Part shown: positions 16,340 through 31,654 of the stretch, piece by piece
Position numbering within the stretch: position 1 is the stretch's first letter
Layout of the letters: each line of letters starts with the position of its first letter
Position numbers and translations under genes: made by a program
Assembly: GCF_009914755.1 (NCBI RefSeq)
Contig: NC_060932.1
DNA length: 64,000 nucleotides
DNA from: the human T2T-CHM13v2.0 reference genome, Homo sapiens
Strand: one strand, 5' to 3'
Notes under the pieces: model-generated
Seen by the model: only the letters and a program-made list of their open reading frames with translations
Databases searched by the model: none
Told to the model about the DNA's origin: nothing

Positions 16340-17107
16340 CTTGCAGGCTAAAACCTGCAAACCTTAATCTCACTGGCTTAGGAACACCTTCTTTTCATAT
16401 TAGCTCCCATGGTTAAATGAGAAACCTTGGAGGCAGAATAGTGAATGTTATTTGTCCAGTACAGCCTCCAGTTGAGATGGCAACTTCCTCCTTATTGAAC
16501 AGGCCTGCTGTGAATGATACTGTTGATCTTCACTGGATGGCATACCCTTTATCATACATATCTTAGACCTTTGGAGTTGATAGAGAACATCTAGGCCAAT
16601 GGACTCATTTTGCAGGTGAAGAGCCAGGACATTTGGGTGACTCACCAGAGAATGAACAGTTAGTTCCTGACAAAGAGGGTAAAACCAAGGCCATTGCTCT
16701 TTCAACCACTAGAAATTCTATTTGAATGAGTGTGATGAACTAGGGCGGGAGTCTGTCTGCCCAGCCTATTACCTTAAGTAGGCACCTGTCCACAGTGCCT
16801 GGCATGTAACAAATATTTGGTTGAATGCAGGCATGTACATATGCACGAGCAAATACAAAAGGTAATAAAACAACAAATTATGTCCCACTAGGCACAGAAT
16901 CTTAAACTTTTTAGTTACTAGTTTCCTTAACAAGCTTCAAACTTTCTTAAAATCTTCAATAGTTTTTATCTTTCAAGGAAAGAATGCTGTTCTGATAAAA
17001 ATACTAAACAGAGAATGCAAAATAATTACGATGATGATAATCACAGCAATAACATTTACCTGGAACATAGCAATTGAAGGAGGCTGAGAGATCTTGCTTG
17101 CAACTGG

Positions 17108-17152
17108 TTCAGATATCACATCTAATAATTTCCACTTGATGTGATATCTGAA
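17108..17152. repeat. Perfect 15-bp inverted repeat with 15-nt spacer
   Basis: TTCAGATATCACATC (17108-17122) is the exact reverse complement of GATGTGATATCTGAA (17138-17152). Confidence 0.95.
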
Positions 17153-17464
17153 GCAATGACTGGAAAAGTGTATGTGCAAAGCCTGTGGGGTCTCTTGACA
17201 TGTCAGTCAATATTAAAAAAAAAAAAGATGAAACCACTACACTACAGAGTAGGATTTTTTTACTTTTAGAGAAAAGTAAAATTAAAATCATTTCCTTACG
17301 GAGCAAGTACTTACGACACCGATGAAAAAGGGCATGAAAAAGCCAAGGACCTTGAGTTCTGTGCCCACTAAAACAAACAACCCAAAAGCCCACGGCCAAA
17401 TAGAAAACAGAAATAATTGAGCCCAGGTTGATTAAATAGCTTCCCAGATAGTGGATCATTTGCA

Positions 17465-17612
17465 TTAAGTCTGAATCCTTTCTCATCCTTAGTTTCTTCA
17501 ATTGGGGTGATAATGAAGACACACATCTCCTAAGTTGCTGGAAAGAGCAAGTGAGTTCATACATGTACAGTGCATGGAAGAGTGCTATATATACAGTAAG
17601 TACTCAATAAGT
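17465..17612 (+). mobile_element. MIR SINE fragment
   Basis: CCTTAGTTTCTTCAATTGGGGTGATAAT...ACAGTAAGTACTCAATAA is a MIR 3' half. Confidence 0.6.
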
Positions 17613-18273
17613 ATTTTCTGTCTATGGGCTAAGCCTGACCAAGCAGTGCCTGCAACACTGAGCTCAAGGAAGAAATACTCCAAGGAAGGTAAAGAAACGC
17701 ACAGGTAGTAGAGAAACTAACATGAGCTCAAAAAAGATGAAAAGATGATCCACAGGCAGAAGGCTAAATCACAGGAAGTGTCAGCTCTGAGTGCTTCCCT
17801 CTTCCTCCTCACTCTGGCACAAATATGATACGAGCACTTCCTCCCTGCTCTTCAATGTGAAAGACATCAGAGACACAACAGAAAACAAAAGACATCATCC
17901 GTCCATTGCCATGCTCACAGACTAGCCAGAAAGGCAGTTATTAGACATGGAGTAGGAACTTAATATTTTTGAATGAATGAACCAATGAAAATTAGTGCCC
18001 TCCTCCTCCAAAACCAAAGAATCATAAGCAGGCTCAATAGATTTTTCTAGTAAGTCATCATGACAGATTCCCCATTACTGCTTCTATTAGGGACATAGGC
18101 GATGAGACTGAAGGAGTATGCCAAAGGTGAAGATCTTCCCAGAAATTCCTAACTATAAAGCTTTCACAGCCGGATTAACATGCTTCTCTCAGCATGGATA
18201 TCTATCCGTATATGGGTATGTATCTCAATATGGGCATCTATCTGTAATGTGTCTCATAGAAAAGTGTAAGAGC

Positions 18274-18568
18274 AGCCAGGCGTGGTGCCTCACACCTGTA
18301 ATCGCAGCACTTTGGGAGGCCAAGGCAGGCGTATCACCTGAGGTAAGGAGTTTGAGACCACCCTGGCCAACACAGTGAAACCCCATCTCTACTAAAAACA
18401 CAAAAATTAGCTGGGCATGGTGGCAGATGCCTGTAATCCCAGCTACTTGGGAGGCTGAGGCAGACTTGCTTGAACCTGGGAGGCGGAGGTTGCAGCAAGC
18501 CAAGATCGCACATTGCACTGCAGCCTGGGCAACAGAGAGAGACTCCATCTCAAAAAAAAAAAAATAAA
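18274..18568 (+). mobile_element. Alu (AluSx-type)
   Basis: Alu dimer with poly(A) tail. Confidence 0.95.
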
Positions 18569-19116
18569 GACAGAAGAGAAGAGGAAGACTTTGCCAAATG
18601 GGTGATCTTGTCATTGATCAAGAAGTGCAAGACTACCTATCACTCATTGTCATCCCAACCAGTGGGACCAGTCAACATCTTTCTTGAGATATTCACACCT
18701 CAAGAGGAAGAAATGAAGTACCAAATGAAATGTGGGGAGCGGAAGGGTGGAGAATGACAAGTGTCAGCCATCATTTCTCCCCAGGCTATGAAGACAGGCT
18801 TAAGCAACTAAATGCAAATTAATTACTTTATTCATATATCAAAAAAAAAAATAGGACATTTACACACACAAGCAAGACTCAAAGACATAAAGACTTCTAC
18901 AGTTGGAAGATTATAGACTTATCTCTAAATATCCACATCTGGTCAACCCCCATCCCCAAAAAAACCTTTTCTAAAAATGGATCAGTGCTAGAGTGATGTG
19001 GGAGAGGAGAAGAGAGTGTGATGGTGAAGTGTCCATCAAGTTTTAAATACATATTTCTATATTTATATAAGTAACATGACAAGTTGACAAAGTCCTTTCC
19101 AACAGGCAGACAGATT

Positions 19117-19748
19117 TGTCAGAGGCGTTTGAACCACAGTGACTCCATCTTGAGTAGGGGCTGGGTAAAATAAGGCAGAGACCTACTAGGAGGCTGCATT
19201 CCCGGAAGGTTAGTTGTGTTTAGTCATAGGGCGAGATAGGAGATCAGCAGGATACATGTCACAAAGACCTTGCTGATAAAACAGCATGCGGTAAAGATGC
19301 CAGCCAAATCCCACCAAAACCAAGATGGCAACAAAGGTGACCTCTAGTCATCCTCACTGCTCAATTATATGCTAATTGTATTGCATTAGCATGCTAAAAG
19401 ACACTTCCACCAACGCCATGACAGTTTACAGATGCCATGGCAATGCCAAGACGTTATCTTATATGGCCTAAAAAGGGGAAGAATCCTCAGTTCCAGGAAT
19501 TGCCCACCCATTTCCTGGAAAACTCATGAATAATCCACCCTTTGTTTAACACATAATCAAGAAATAACCATAAAAATAGGCAATCAACAGTCCTCGGGGC
19601 TGCTCTGCCTTTGGAAAGCCATTCTTTATTCCTTTACTTTCCTAATAAACTTGCTTTGACTTTATTCTATGGAGTCGCCCTGAATTCTTTCTCTCACAAG
19701 ATCCAAGAACTCTCACTTGGCGTCTAGATGGAGGCCCCTTTCCAGACA
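19117..19748 (+). mobile_element. MER41B solo LTR (ERV1)
   Basis: Starts TGTCAGAGGCGTTTGAACC, ends GGCCCCTTTCCAGACA; carries the MER41B-type segment CCTCAGTTCCAGGAATTGCCCACCCATTTCCTGGAAAACTC and AATAAA. Confidence 0.9.
19491..19520. promoter_or_regulatory. Tandem GAS (STAT1) motifs in MER41B
   Basis: TTCCAGGAA at 19491-19499 and TTCCTGGAA at 19512-19520 match TTCNNNGAA; activity not shown. Confidence 0.6.
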
Positions 19749-21394
19749 TGGATACATTTCCTGTATATACTCACACAGACATACATATGCCCTTCAAAGG
19801 AGGCATGCTTAGAAATAAAAATAAATAAATAAATAACTGATATATTAGCAATTGATAAATCTTTATAAATTATAAACTACAATGATATATATATTTTGTG
19901 TGGGGCGGGGGTGTGGGAGGTCTATGAGAGAGGGAGGGAAGGAGGAAGAGAAGGAGATGGAAAAGGGGGAGGTGGGAATAAGAGAGGGGGAAGCCAGACA
20001 CCTAGGCGTGGTTATTGGCTACACATTGAGCTGGCTGTTTTACCAAGGTTATCAGTCTTTCAGAGATCAATAATAAAATGATATGAAGAGAACGAGGATA
20101 CCTATTTTCAAAAATATGCTTCCAAAGATGTCTGTTGCCGGACATGCTGGCAGAGAATAGCTGCATGATGCAAAATTCCATTACTTTATCATATCCATCT
20201 ATGTTTTAGGTATATTTCTTTACCAGGACATCATAGCCTTAAAAGTCACTCAAGGTTTCTATTGCAGCTAAGGTCAGAATCCTAAAGTTGTGCATTCACT
20301 CCCTCTGGGTCCTAGATTTTTGATCACTTGAAATGTTCTGTTTGCAAGTCGAAGCAGTGAGTCTCAAGCTTAAGTAATTATGGACCATATATGAAGAAGA
20401 AAATGCCCATGCGGAAAATAAGTCAAGTGAATGCATTTACTTTATTTTTATTGAAATGTAACTTATTATGCACAAATACAAATTTTTTAAAACAAAAGCA
20501 ATTTAAATTATTTCAATTCGAAATTACGTAGTTTTACTAAAACTCAATTGTCCATATTGAATTTTGCAGTAGAAAAATAGAGTCTCAGGCCAAGTTATAT
20601 ATTTGAGGTTTTTGGGGGGGTGCTTTAACTTCTAAATGTTAGAGTGTCTATTTACATAAGCATGAAAACTATTGAACAGAAAAGTTATTAGGAACTTCAA
20701 AGCTTTGCTTGCAGGTTAAGGATAATCAGAATTCAACTTAACCAAATGCTGGCTGGGGAGCAATCCCTTCATACTGATTTTACAGATTTACCTGGTAAAT
20801 CTGAAAAGATATTTTGTTCACAGAAGACTAGTTTTGAGGAATTAAAAACTGCATTAAATGGCATCTAAACCAATTACTGAGTCTGGGGGCAGGAAGGGAA
20901 ATGCTATACCATACAACTGCTAAGACTACTTCTAACAAATGTAGGAGGCTGTTACGTAAAAATGGGAATCCCACTCAAAACATAAACATAGTACTGCCCG
21001 CTCACCAGGGTTCTTGGGTCTGCCCACACCTCACTGTCCCACACTCACTTCCCTCCACCCCTCTTTTTTCTATTCAAATACTGCAAAAATCTTTTGGATT
21101 TCCTGAGCCTTCGTTTTAGCACATGACAATTATAAGAACATACCTGCACAGAGTTAAGAAATCCATGGCTTTGCTTAGTGCTGGTTTCATCGAGATGACC
21201 CAGAAAATACTTTTATGACTGTTCTTAATTTGATTATAATCAAAATGAAAAATGTAAAGTAAAAAAGAGCTTGGATTTCCATCCAAGGATAGCCAAACTC
21301 CAGTCAGTGAAGCCTAGAGCTGGCTGCCAGGGCAGCACTCAGAGTGGCTGAGTAACCTATCCAAGGACACCCAGAGGGAATGCAAACTTAACGT

Positions 21395-22180
<786 letters not shown>

Positions 22181-22966
22181 AAGAAACAGGAGGCACGGGG
22201 CACAGAAAGATGATACAACTGCCCCTCTATTTAATCCAGTCCACTACCCTTACTCTGAATGCTTCACATCACATTGCTCGTCTTAATTGTTTTCAAACAA
22301 ACAAGTCCAGACGCCTGCTCACAGGGGTCCCTAGTGGGCTCCTGCTGTCCAGCCTTGCTCCACGTGAAGATGCCCTCTTCACAGAGCAGTGGATCCCCCT
22401 CTCCTGGTTCCAGCTCTAGGAGTCTCACCACAATCCCACCAGCAAAACCTCTATCTCCTGCCTCAAATTCTGGACACAGGATATCTCTCCCAACCACAGG
22501 AACACTCCTGTGCCTTCTACCTCAACACGCACTGCTTCAGCACAGTGTTTTGAAACCCTTTAGTCTGAGACACACCTGTAAATTTTCAGAACTTCCCCAT
22601 TCCCCACCCCACAGATACAGTAAGAGCAGCACCAGGCTTGTCGGGTTTTGTTCTCCTCCATGTGTTTCCCAGCAGCACTTAGCAAAAAAAAGTATTAAAT
22701 GAAAAAAAAAAATGGACTGTTTCTTGCTTTCAGGAACAGCATGGACAAAGGATCCAGGGAGGCAGAGGGATAGAATGGCCCATAGCTGGCTTTATAAGAG
22801 AAGGGGGAAGCAGGCGCAGTCCATGCGCCTCTGGTAGAGAGAGAGGGTTGAGTCTGGGGAGCCTGCCTGCATGTTGCAAGAGGCCCCCCAGGGCTTCCGA
22901 GCAGACCAGGACGTGGTTTCCCATTGATGTGCCCTGTGTAAGCTCCTCCAGAGGCAGTTCCCACTG

Positions 22967-22976
22967 GGGAAATTCC
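22967..22976 (+). promoter_or_regulatory. Candidate NF-kB site GGGAAATTCC
   Basis: Exact match to the canonical kB/PRDII 10-mer; function unverified. Confidence 0.4.
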
Positions 22977-23439
22977 CTCCAAGGAGTTGTCACGCCCCCT
23001 TTCCCTTCCTTCTCATCTGGATAACCCTCTTTGCTTCCCTGTATCTCTTCAAAGGGCTCCTGCCTTTCAGCTTCTGGCTAGAGAATGAAATCTGAAATGC
23101 AGCCAGTTCACAGGAAGCCAGCCAGCTGGGTGCGCAAAGAACCCAGAACTGTTTCACACCTCAGGCTCCTTTCACAATGCAAATGGATACCTGACTCAGG
23201 CACTGCGGTACAGGACAGCAATGTGCACGCTTCTTTTATGTACGTATTTTTTTTAAGCACAGAATCTCTTCTTCCAAGAAAATGGTATGCAGAAACTCAG
23301 GATAGAAAACCAGTTAGGAGCAGAGGTTGGGAATCTCAAAGCCACTCCAGCCCTTTCGCCCTGAATTGATCCTACACATGCATCTATCCTAGAGAATCTT
23401 AGGAACTTAGCAGAACACAGCTTAAACAGTGTCATAAGA

Positions 23440-23625
23440 AAGAAAGCATGTGAGCTTTCTTATCAAGACAGACCTGGCTTGAAAATCCATTCTGTTACTT
23501 ACTAAACTCTCTTGGCCTCAATGTCCTCCTTATCTCTAAAATGAGGACATATACATCTCCTAGGATTATGGTGAGAATTAAGTGATAACGGAGGTTAAAG
23601 AGGCCTACTACCCATCCTGGGCTCT
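23440..23625 (+). mobile_element. MIR SINE
   Basis: CAGACCTGGCTTGAAAATCC..GGCCTCAATGTCCTCCTTATCTCTAAAATGAGGAC..GGATTATGGTGAGAATTAAGTGATAA. Confidence 0.7.
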
Positions 23626-23766
23626 CAAGAAACAACACAGCAGCTGTAGGGACAGGAGCTAATAGTGTCATGTCCATGGTTTGGTTTGTCATTTCTAAAC
23701 ACAGACACAGGCATTCCTCCACTTCCCAAACCCAAATCCAGAAAATCCTGGTTAGTTATCTATCAC

Positions 23767-24112
23767 TTTTTTTTTTTTTTTTTTGAGACAGGGTCTTGCT
23801 GTTGCCCAAGCTGGACTGCAGTGACATCATCATGATTCACTGCAGCCTCGACCTCCCAGGTTCACGGGATCCTCCTGCCTCAGCCTCCCAAGTGGTTGGG
23901 AGGTGTGCACCAACACGCCTGGTACACAGGTATGCACCAACATGCCAACAGCACCAACAGCTAATTCATTTTAAATTTACTTTATGTAGAGACAGGATCT
24001 CCCTATGTTGCCCAGGCTGGTCTCAAACTCCTAGGCTCCAACAATCCTATTGCCTCACTGCCTCAACCTCCCAAAGTGCTAGGATTACAGGTGTGAGCCA
24101 CTGTGCCCAGCT
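23767..24112 (-). mobile_element. Alu (AluJ-type) with small internal duplications
   Basis: Antisense AluJ; GCACCAACA repeated three times near the linker. Confidence 0.9.
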
Positions 24113-24559
24113 TCCTATTACTCCTATAATCTTGTGGCATCCAAACTCAACTTTCTTAAATATTCCAATGCAAATATGTATTTCTGTAAAATTATTATTT
24201 TTATTTTAATTTTTGGAGCTCTGTAATAGTCTCAACACAGACAATCACAGGTACAGAGAGGACCTGGGTTGTCAATATACTGGAATATAAACACTAAGGG
24301 CAGGTATAATATTTAATGAAACCAAATTCTATAATATACTGCTATATTCAAAGCTCCCTGGTCCTGGTTTACAAAGAAGGAACACCAGGCAGAGGAGAAC
24401 GAATGAAGTCGCTTTCATAAAATCTTGCCTTCATCTGTAGAAGGGTGTATGGTTGTTCCTCTTTCTATTCAGTCCATCAGCCCACAAAAAGCTCTGCATT
24501 TGGAAAACTGGACAAATTCCATATTCACTCAAGTAGAATGGCGATCTGACTTGGCAACA

Positions 24560-24870
24560 TGTTTCCACTGAAATTTGTGCAAAGAAAACAAAAGGGAAGG
24601 ACATTACATCCATATCCATGTTCTCCTCACCAACAAAACCCTTGAAGACTGGAATTTCCCTGCCTGTCTTCTGAGCAGATGAGGACCTGAGCCTATTCCA
24701 ACAGCCTGTGGATCTATACTCCACATACCCCACTGTCACAGACTCCACTAGTCCACTGGAGATTTCTCCCATCCTATGCACTTTGTGAGTCAAATAAATT
24801 TCCATTGGTTAAGAAGTGTGAGTGCAGCTGCCATTTTTACTTGTTAACTTAAATATCACAATAAATGACC
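24560..24870 (+). mobile_element. Possible old MLT1-type LTR fragment
   Basis: GTGAGTCAAATAAATTTCCATTGGTTAAG...TTTTACTTG resembles a MaLR LTR 3' end; heavily diverged. Confidence 0.4.
24651..24660 (-). promoter_or_regulatory. Candidate NF-kB site (GGAATTTCCC on + strand)
   Basis: Reverse complement is GGGAAATTCC; function unverified. Confidence 0.35.
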
Positions 24871-25023
24871 AAATTAGAGAAAACCAAGAGAATCAGAGAG
24901 AAGTCAACCTAGAACCCTGATATCACCAAATTGCTGATTAACTTACAAACAAAATACACCACCATCACCACTTGGGAACTGTCTATCTTCTCTATTTTTA
25001 GGAAGATAAGTTTTCCTTGTTTA

Positions 25024-25410
<387 letters not shown>

Positions 25411-26559
25411 TTAACCCATTCAACACAGCACCTGCCACACAGGAGATGGAAAACACCATCACTGTACCTATTATGACTTCTTCCATCTCTACATCCCTTC
25501 GCTCCCTCCATTATTACTTCCCCTGCCCAATATCCCCTCAAAACACACCATTTAGCTCCTTCAAATACCTTTTTTAGATTTATGCTTGTTTGGCATATTT
25601 TCCCAGAGTGGCTGTATGTATTTAATATGATTAACAGCTTTAGTCATTAAACAGCATTTCTTTAAGAGGATTGCACGAGATTACCCTTAGGGTCTTGGGC
25701 TGAAATCATTGCACTTGTACACAACCAGTGTAGGTAATGGAAGTTCATCATAATGTAACAAGTTCACTCAGTACTTAATATAATCGAGGACACAATCCAT
25801 AAAAATATTCTTCCTAAACTAATCAAATCATTAAAATGTCAGCTTCTACACAGACGCTCCATGGCACTCCTGCCCCTGGCCCAGATTCAATTCAAATGGA
25901 ATTTTGCTGAATCGCCCTGATTTATGAAGTCTGTGTTTCTTCATCCTGCCCCCTCCCTGTTGCTTAACTCTGCTGCCTGAATATAGTTGTCCCAGCAAGA
26001 AAATAAACTGGCTGGAAGCCAGAAGCCATGACACAAAGCAAGCTCTTGTCAAACGGTTTCCTTATTAGCTGTTCACATACAATAAAGACTGTAAGGTTTT
26101 TCCCCTGTATGCAACGCGTTCAGAGCATTTTCCCATTTGTTGGAAAACTGAGATCAGGAAGAAAAATAACTCTTATGCACTACATGCCAGAGAGAGAGCA
26201 CTGGATTCAGTGAGAGAGAAGGAGAAAAAGAGTGTGTGAATGTGTGTGTGTACACACATTGCAGCCCATGGTTTATTAACAGGGCCTAATTATGACAATT
26301 GCTTCCTGTGGGTCTGTAATCAGCCTGGTATTTCTCAAAGCACTCTATTGGAGCACTGCTCACTCTAGTCACAGATTGCCTGAATATTCTCCAAAACAAA
26401 ACTGATAAAAATAAACAGCTCGTTTTGAGGGTATTCACTTCTGAAACTGCAGTACCAGACACCTCAATAGGAAATATCTCATTTGCCCCACACTATTCCA
26501 AACCCAATGCTTCACATTCGCACATTTCCTCTACAGAGATCCAGAACAGTTTCTAGACT

Positions 26560-27075
<516 letters not shown>

Positions 27076-27599
27076 ATAATCTATAGCATAACACATCTTC
27101 AAATGAAAGGGTCAAAAAATAGCTGAGGATGAGCAGTTATTTTTCTTTACAATGGTAAAAAGGAGTGTGCCAATCTCTATAACTGTTAAAGGAGGCATAC
27201 TCATAATTATTTTTATTTTTCAATAAGATAAATTTGGACCCAATGCCCACTGGCATTTTTATCATAAATAAGTGTTAACACATAAGCATAAAATAATCAA
27301 AGAAATTCAAGAAATATTTATTGAATAATCACTATTTGCAAAGCACTCCATCCTAGCACACATTCACTGCCTCAGCTCCCACGGAAACCCTTCGAGCATC
27401 CATCAGTACATCCCAGGCAGTCACGGCCATTTGCCATTCCCAAGTAAGTTATACAATCTCATGCCCCCTCCTTTTATTTTTCAAGCTGTTTTTTTTTCCC
27501 CCCAATGGAAGCCTCCCTTGCCTGTAAAAATTCAAAGCCCCACTCAAATGCCACCTATTCCATGGACTGTCCCCCAGCCCTGCAAGAACTAGCCCATCA

Positions 27600-28160
<561 letters not shown>

Positions 28161-29239
28161 AATGTCCTGTGCACTTTCTTTCTTGTGGTGCATATCCTTT
28201 ATTCCTTTCATTATTCTGAGTTGTGCACACATCTGTCTCAATCTCATCTCCTTCCCTTGTCAATTCCTTGAACGCAAAAACCACATCTTATTCACTTTTG
28301 CCCTCACCCAGCACACAATAAATAGAAAAGAAGAAACAGAAGATTGTTGAGAAAATGAATGAATGAATGAGTGCTTCTATTTGGCTATTGGATTGTGACT
28401 GTAACTTGCAGAATCTAGTTCTAGACCAAACTAGGACATGGTGGCCCTTTTCCATCCCCTGACATGATTCTTGGGTCCACCATGGATGTCCCAGTCTTCC
28501 TCTGAACAATTTTCACCATTACACCAATAAGTCATGGCATTCAATAGCACAGGCCAAGATTTACCAACTGTCAGATTCTGAGTGGCAGCCAGAATGTCAT
28601 CCAAGAAGTAATACTTGTTTCAAGCCATCTACCCTAGGGCCCAGCCCATGTGGACAGCAGATGACAGCAGGCTACCTGCCCAGGCTGACTAGTGAGATGA
28701 CATAGGCCGACTGGTGAGATGATGTAGACTGACATCCAGGGGAGCAGGTGGAAGAAAATGCTGGCACAGGGAACCTGTGGTATAATCTCAATGGCTATGG
28801 AATCCTGGGGTGGAAAGAGTGGCAAGCTGAGCTAGCATTCCTGGAAGAGCCCCCCGTATCTGGAAGGCTTGAAGAAACATTCCCACAGGGCTAAAAGCAC
28901 TAGGCATCAAGGAAGGATGTTACAGCTCATTTCAATTCAAACGACCTTTACTAAATAGCTACACAGGGACAGCCCTGGGGTCTGGGGAGTAGCTATTTAA
29001 AGGTGAATTAAAACACGCTGCACCCTCAAGAAACTCATTAGTCTAGCAGGAAGCCAGACATTAAGCCAATCCACAGTGATACAAGGTGATCTTGATAAGG
29101 CCTAGAATGAGGCATAAGAAGACTCGGGAGATGGTAACATCATTAGTTCAGAATGAGAATTTCTGGTCTGGGAAAAACTTTACAAAATTGAAATCTGTCT
29201 GGGTCTTGAAGGATCAGTAGGAGTTTGACCTGTGGGTAC

Positions 29240-29612
29240 AATGGAAGCTGCTGGCATCCTGCGTGTATTCCTTTTATTGGTCAGTGCAGTCACCCCTAGG
29301 CTGCTGGGATCTTGCAGGGGAAATGCCTGGGTAATTACCTACCCCCACCCAAAGGCAGCCTACAGCCAGTTAGTTACTGACTGATATGGGGGTCTCCATG
29401 GGGCCATACATGCCATTCATGCTACAGATTCCCCAGGGGTTAAGGCGGAGGTTGGACTTCAACTAGACCCACATCCTTCCCCAGCTTCCTGCCCTGCCCC
29501 ATCCTGCTTCTCACATTCCTTTACTGGCTTCTACAAAGAAATAATTCTCTCAATAAGTCACTTGCATGAGAAACCCCGTCTCGGGACTCCTCTAGGGAAC
29601 CCTACCTAAGTC
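29240..29612 (+). mobile_element. LTR16-family (ERVL) LTR
   Basis: CCCAAAGGCAGCCTACAGCCA..ACTGACTGATATGGGGG...CTCAATAAGTCACTTGCATGAGAAACCCCGTCTCGG..CTCTAGGGAACCCTACCTAAG. Confidence 0.75.
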
Positions 29613-30873
29613 AGAGGCAAGTGGGGGAGCAGCAACCAAAGTAGGGAGATTGTCATGTGCAGGCAATCCAGGCATGAATATCTGATGAATGCCGGCAGCT
29701 CTACCACGTATCATGGTAAGATGTTCAGATCTTTATTATGCAGGAAATACACAGCCACTGGACAGTTAGAGGAAGATAAGAAAATCAGAGTTCCTAAGCT
29801 GCAAAATTTTAAAGCAGGGACTTTGCTACTATAACATATGGAGCGGGGAATAGGCTAGGCCCATAGTTCAGAAAGCTGGTGGTCTGTGCAGCCTCCAGTA
29901 AGGCTGGATCTAGGGTAGTGAGAGTGGAACCTGGAAAAAGGGTAAATTCAACAGAGGCAGAAAAAGCAACACACTTTGCAAAGTAGTCAGGAAGGCAAAC
30001 CCAGGCATTCGCCACACACAGCGCAGAAAGGGTTGATGGTGAGTGATCATTTTTTCAGCCCAAACCACATCCAGCCTTCTTAAGAGACCTGGCACAGAAG
30101 AGCTCTGTTCATATACATGGCACACCCTCATGTTAAATCTTTGGTTATTCCAGAATGGATCCTTCTAAAAGTTTCAAACACAAAACTCACTGTCACTTTT
30201 CTTCAAGTGACCACTCATTTTATAATGAAAACATGAGGTAGAAATCACAACTTCAAGCCTCCTGCCATCCAGTTTAAGACCTACAGGCAAAACGTACAAA
30301 TGGCTGGGCAGCCTCACCCCTCTTGCTGTGTCACTCCACACTGTGAATGCCATGACTGTCACTGCCTGTGCTAATGCTACAATCCTAGTTCTACAAGTGG
30401 AATGCACAGTATCATCCTATTTTCAGATGGGACAACTGAGGATCAAAGTAAGTTGTTCAAGGAGTTATAGGTCTAATGGGCCCCAACACTGATGACCTTC
30501 CCATCACCTGCTGCTACCGTCTTAGCCTCAGTAATGTCCAACCTCATTAATTTTAACATGGAGGACCCATCCATATATTAAAATCCAATTCTTCTACTCT
30601 TTAAACTCAGCTCAAGCTTCATTCCTTCTATTAAGTCTGTAACCCAAATGAATCAGACCTTTTGCTGCATCCTCATTGTACCTGTGTGCACAGACCACAA
30701 CTGCACCACCTATATACTACATACTTGAGGCATACATTTATCATCACTCCTCTGGGTTTCTTCCTTATGAGACTGTAATAATGTAGGGGAAAGGCAGACC
30801 TGGCCCCTGTCTTTATACCCCCAGAACCTAGCACAGAGGCTGGTAGGAGTAAATGATAAGAAAATTATACTCA

Positions 30874-31232
<359 letters not shown>

Positions 31233-31654
31233 TCATATGTAATGAAAATTACACTTGATATATACTAACGCTATGATCCTAATTCTACAAGTTGAATAAA
31301 TTGGATGGCCCAGGGTCTACTCCCAGCCCTGACACGTAGCAGTCAAAGTGATCCTGGGGAAATACAGAGCTTCTTGGACCCATAGATTATTGGCACATGA
31401 AGCCATTGGGCTAGAAACTCTCAAACGTCTTTTTGAATACAAAGAATCTTGTTGCTACTCACATTTATAATAAAGCAAAATAGTCCATATCCAATTTTCC
31501 AGTAGCTCTTTGAAATGGATGTTTGTGAAAACATTCATGTAGAAGCCCTAAGAAGTTTAGCCAGAAAACCTAACTACTTTCTTCTTTAAAGAGTATTTGC
31601 TAAGGAAGCATTTATTTAGGCAATTTTAAAAAATGGTTTTAAGTCTTTAATGTA

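Noticed and set aside
19899-19990. G-rich purine tract as a G-quadruplex
   Set aside because: Only three closely spaced G3+ runs; the fourth needs a long loop, so low-complexity sequence is the simpler reading.
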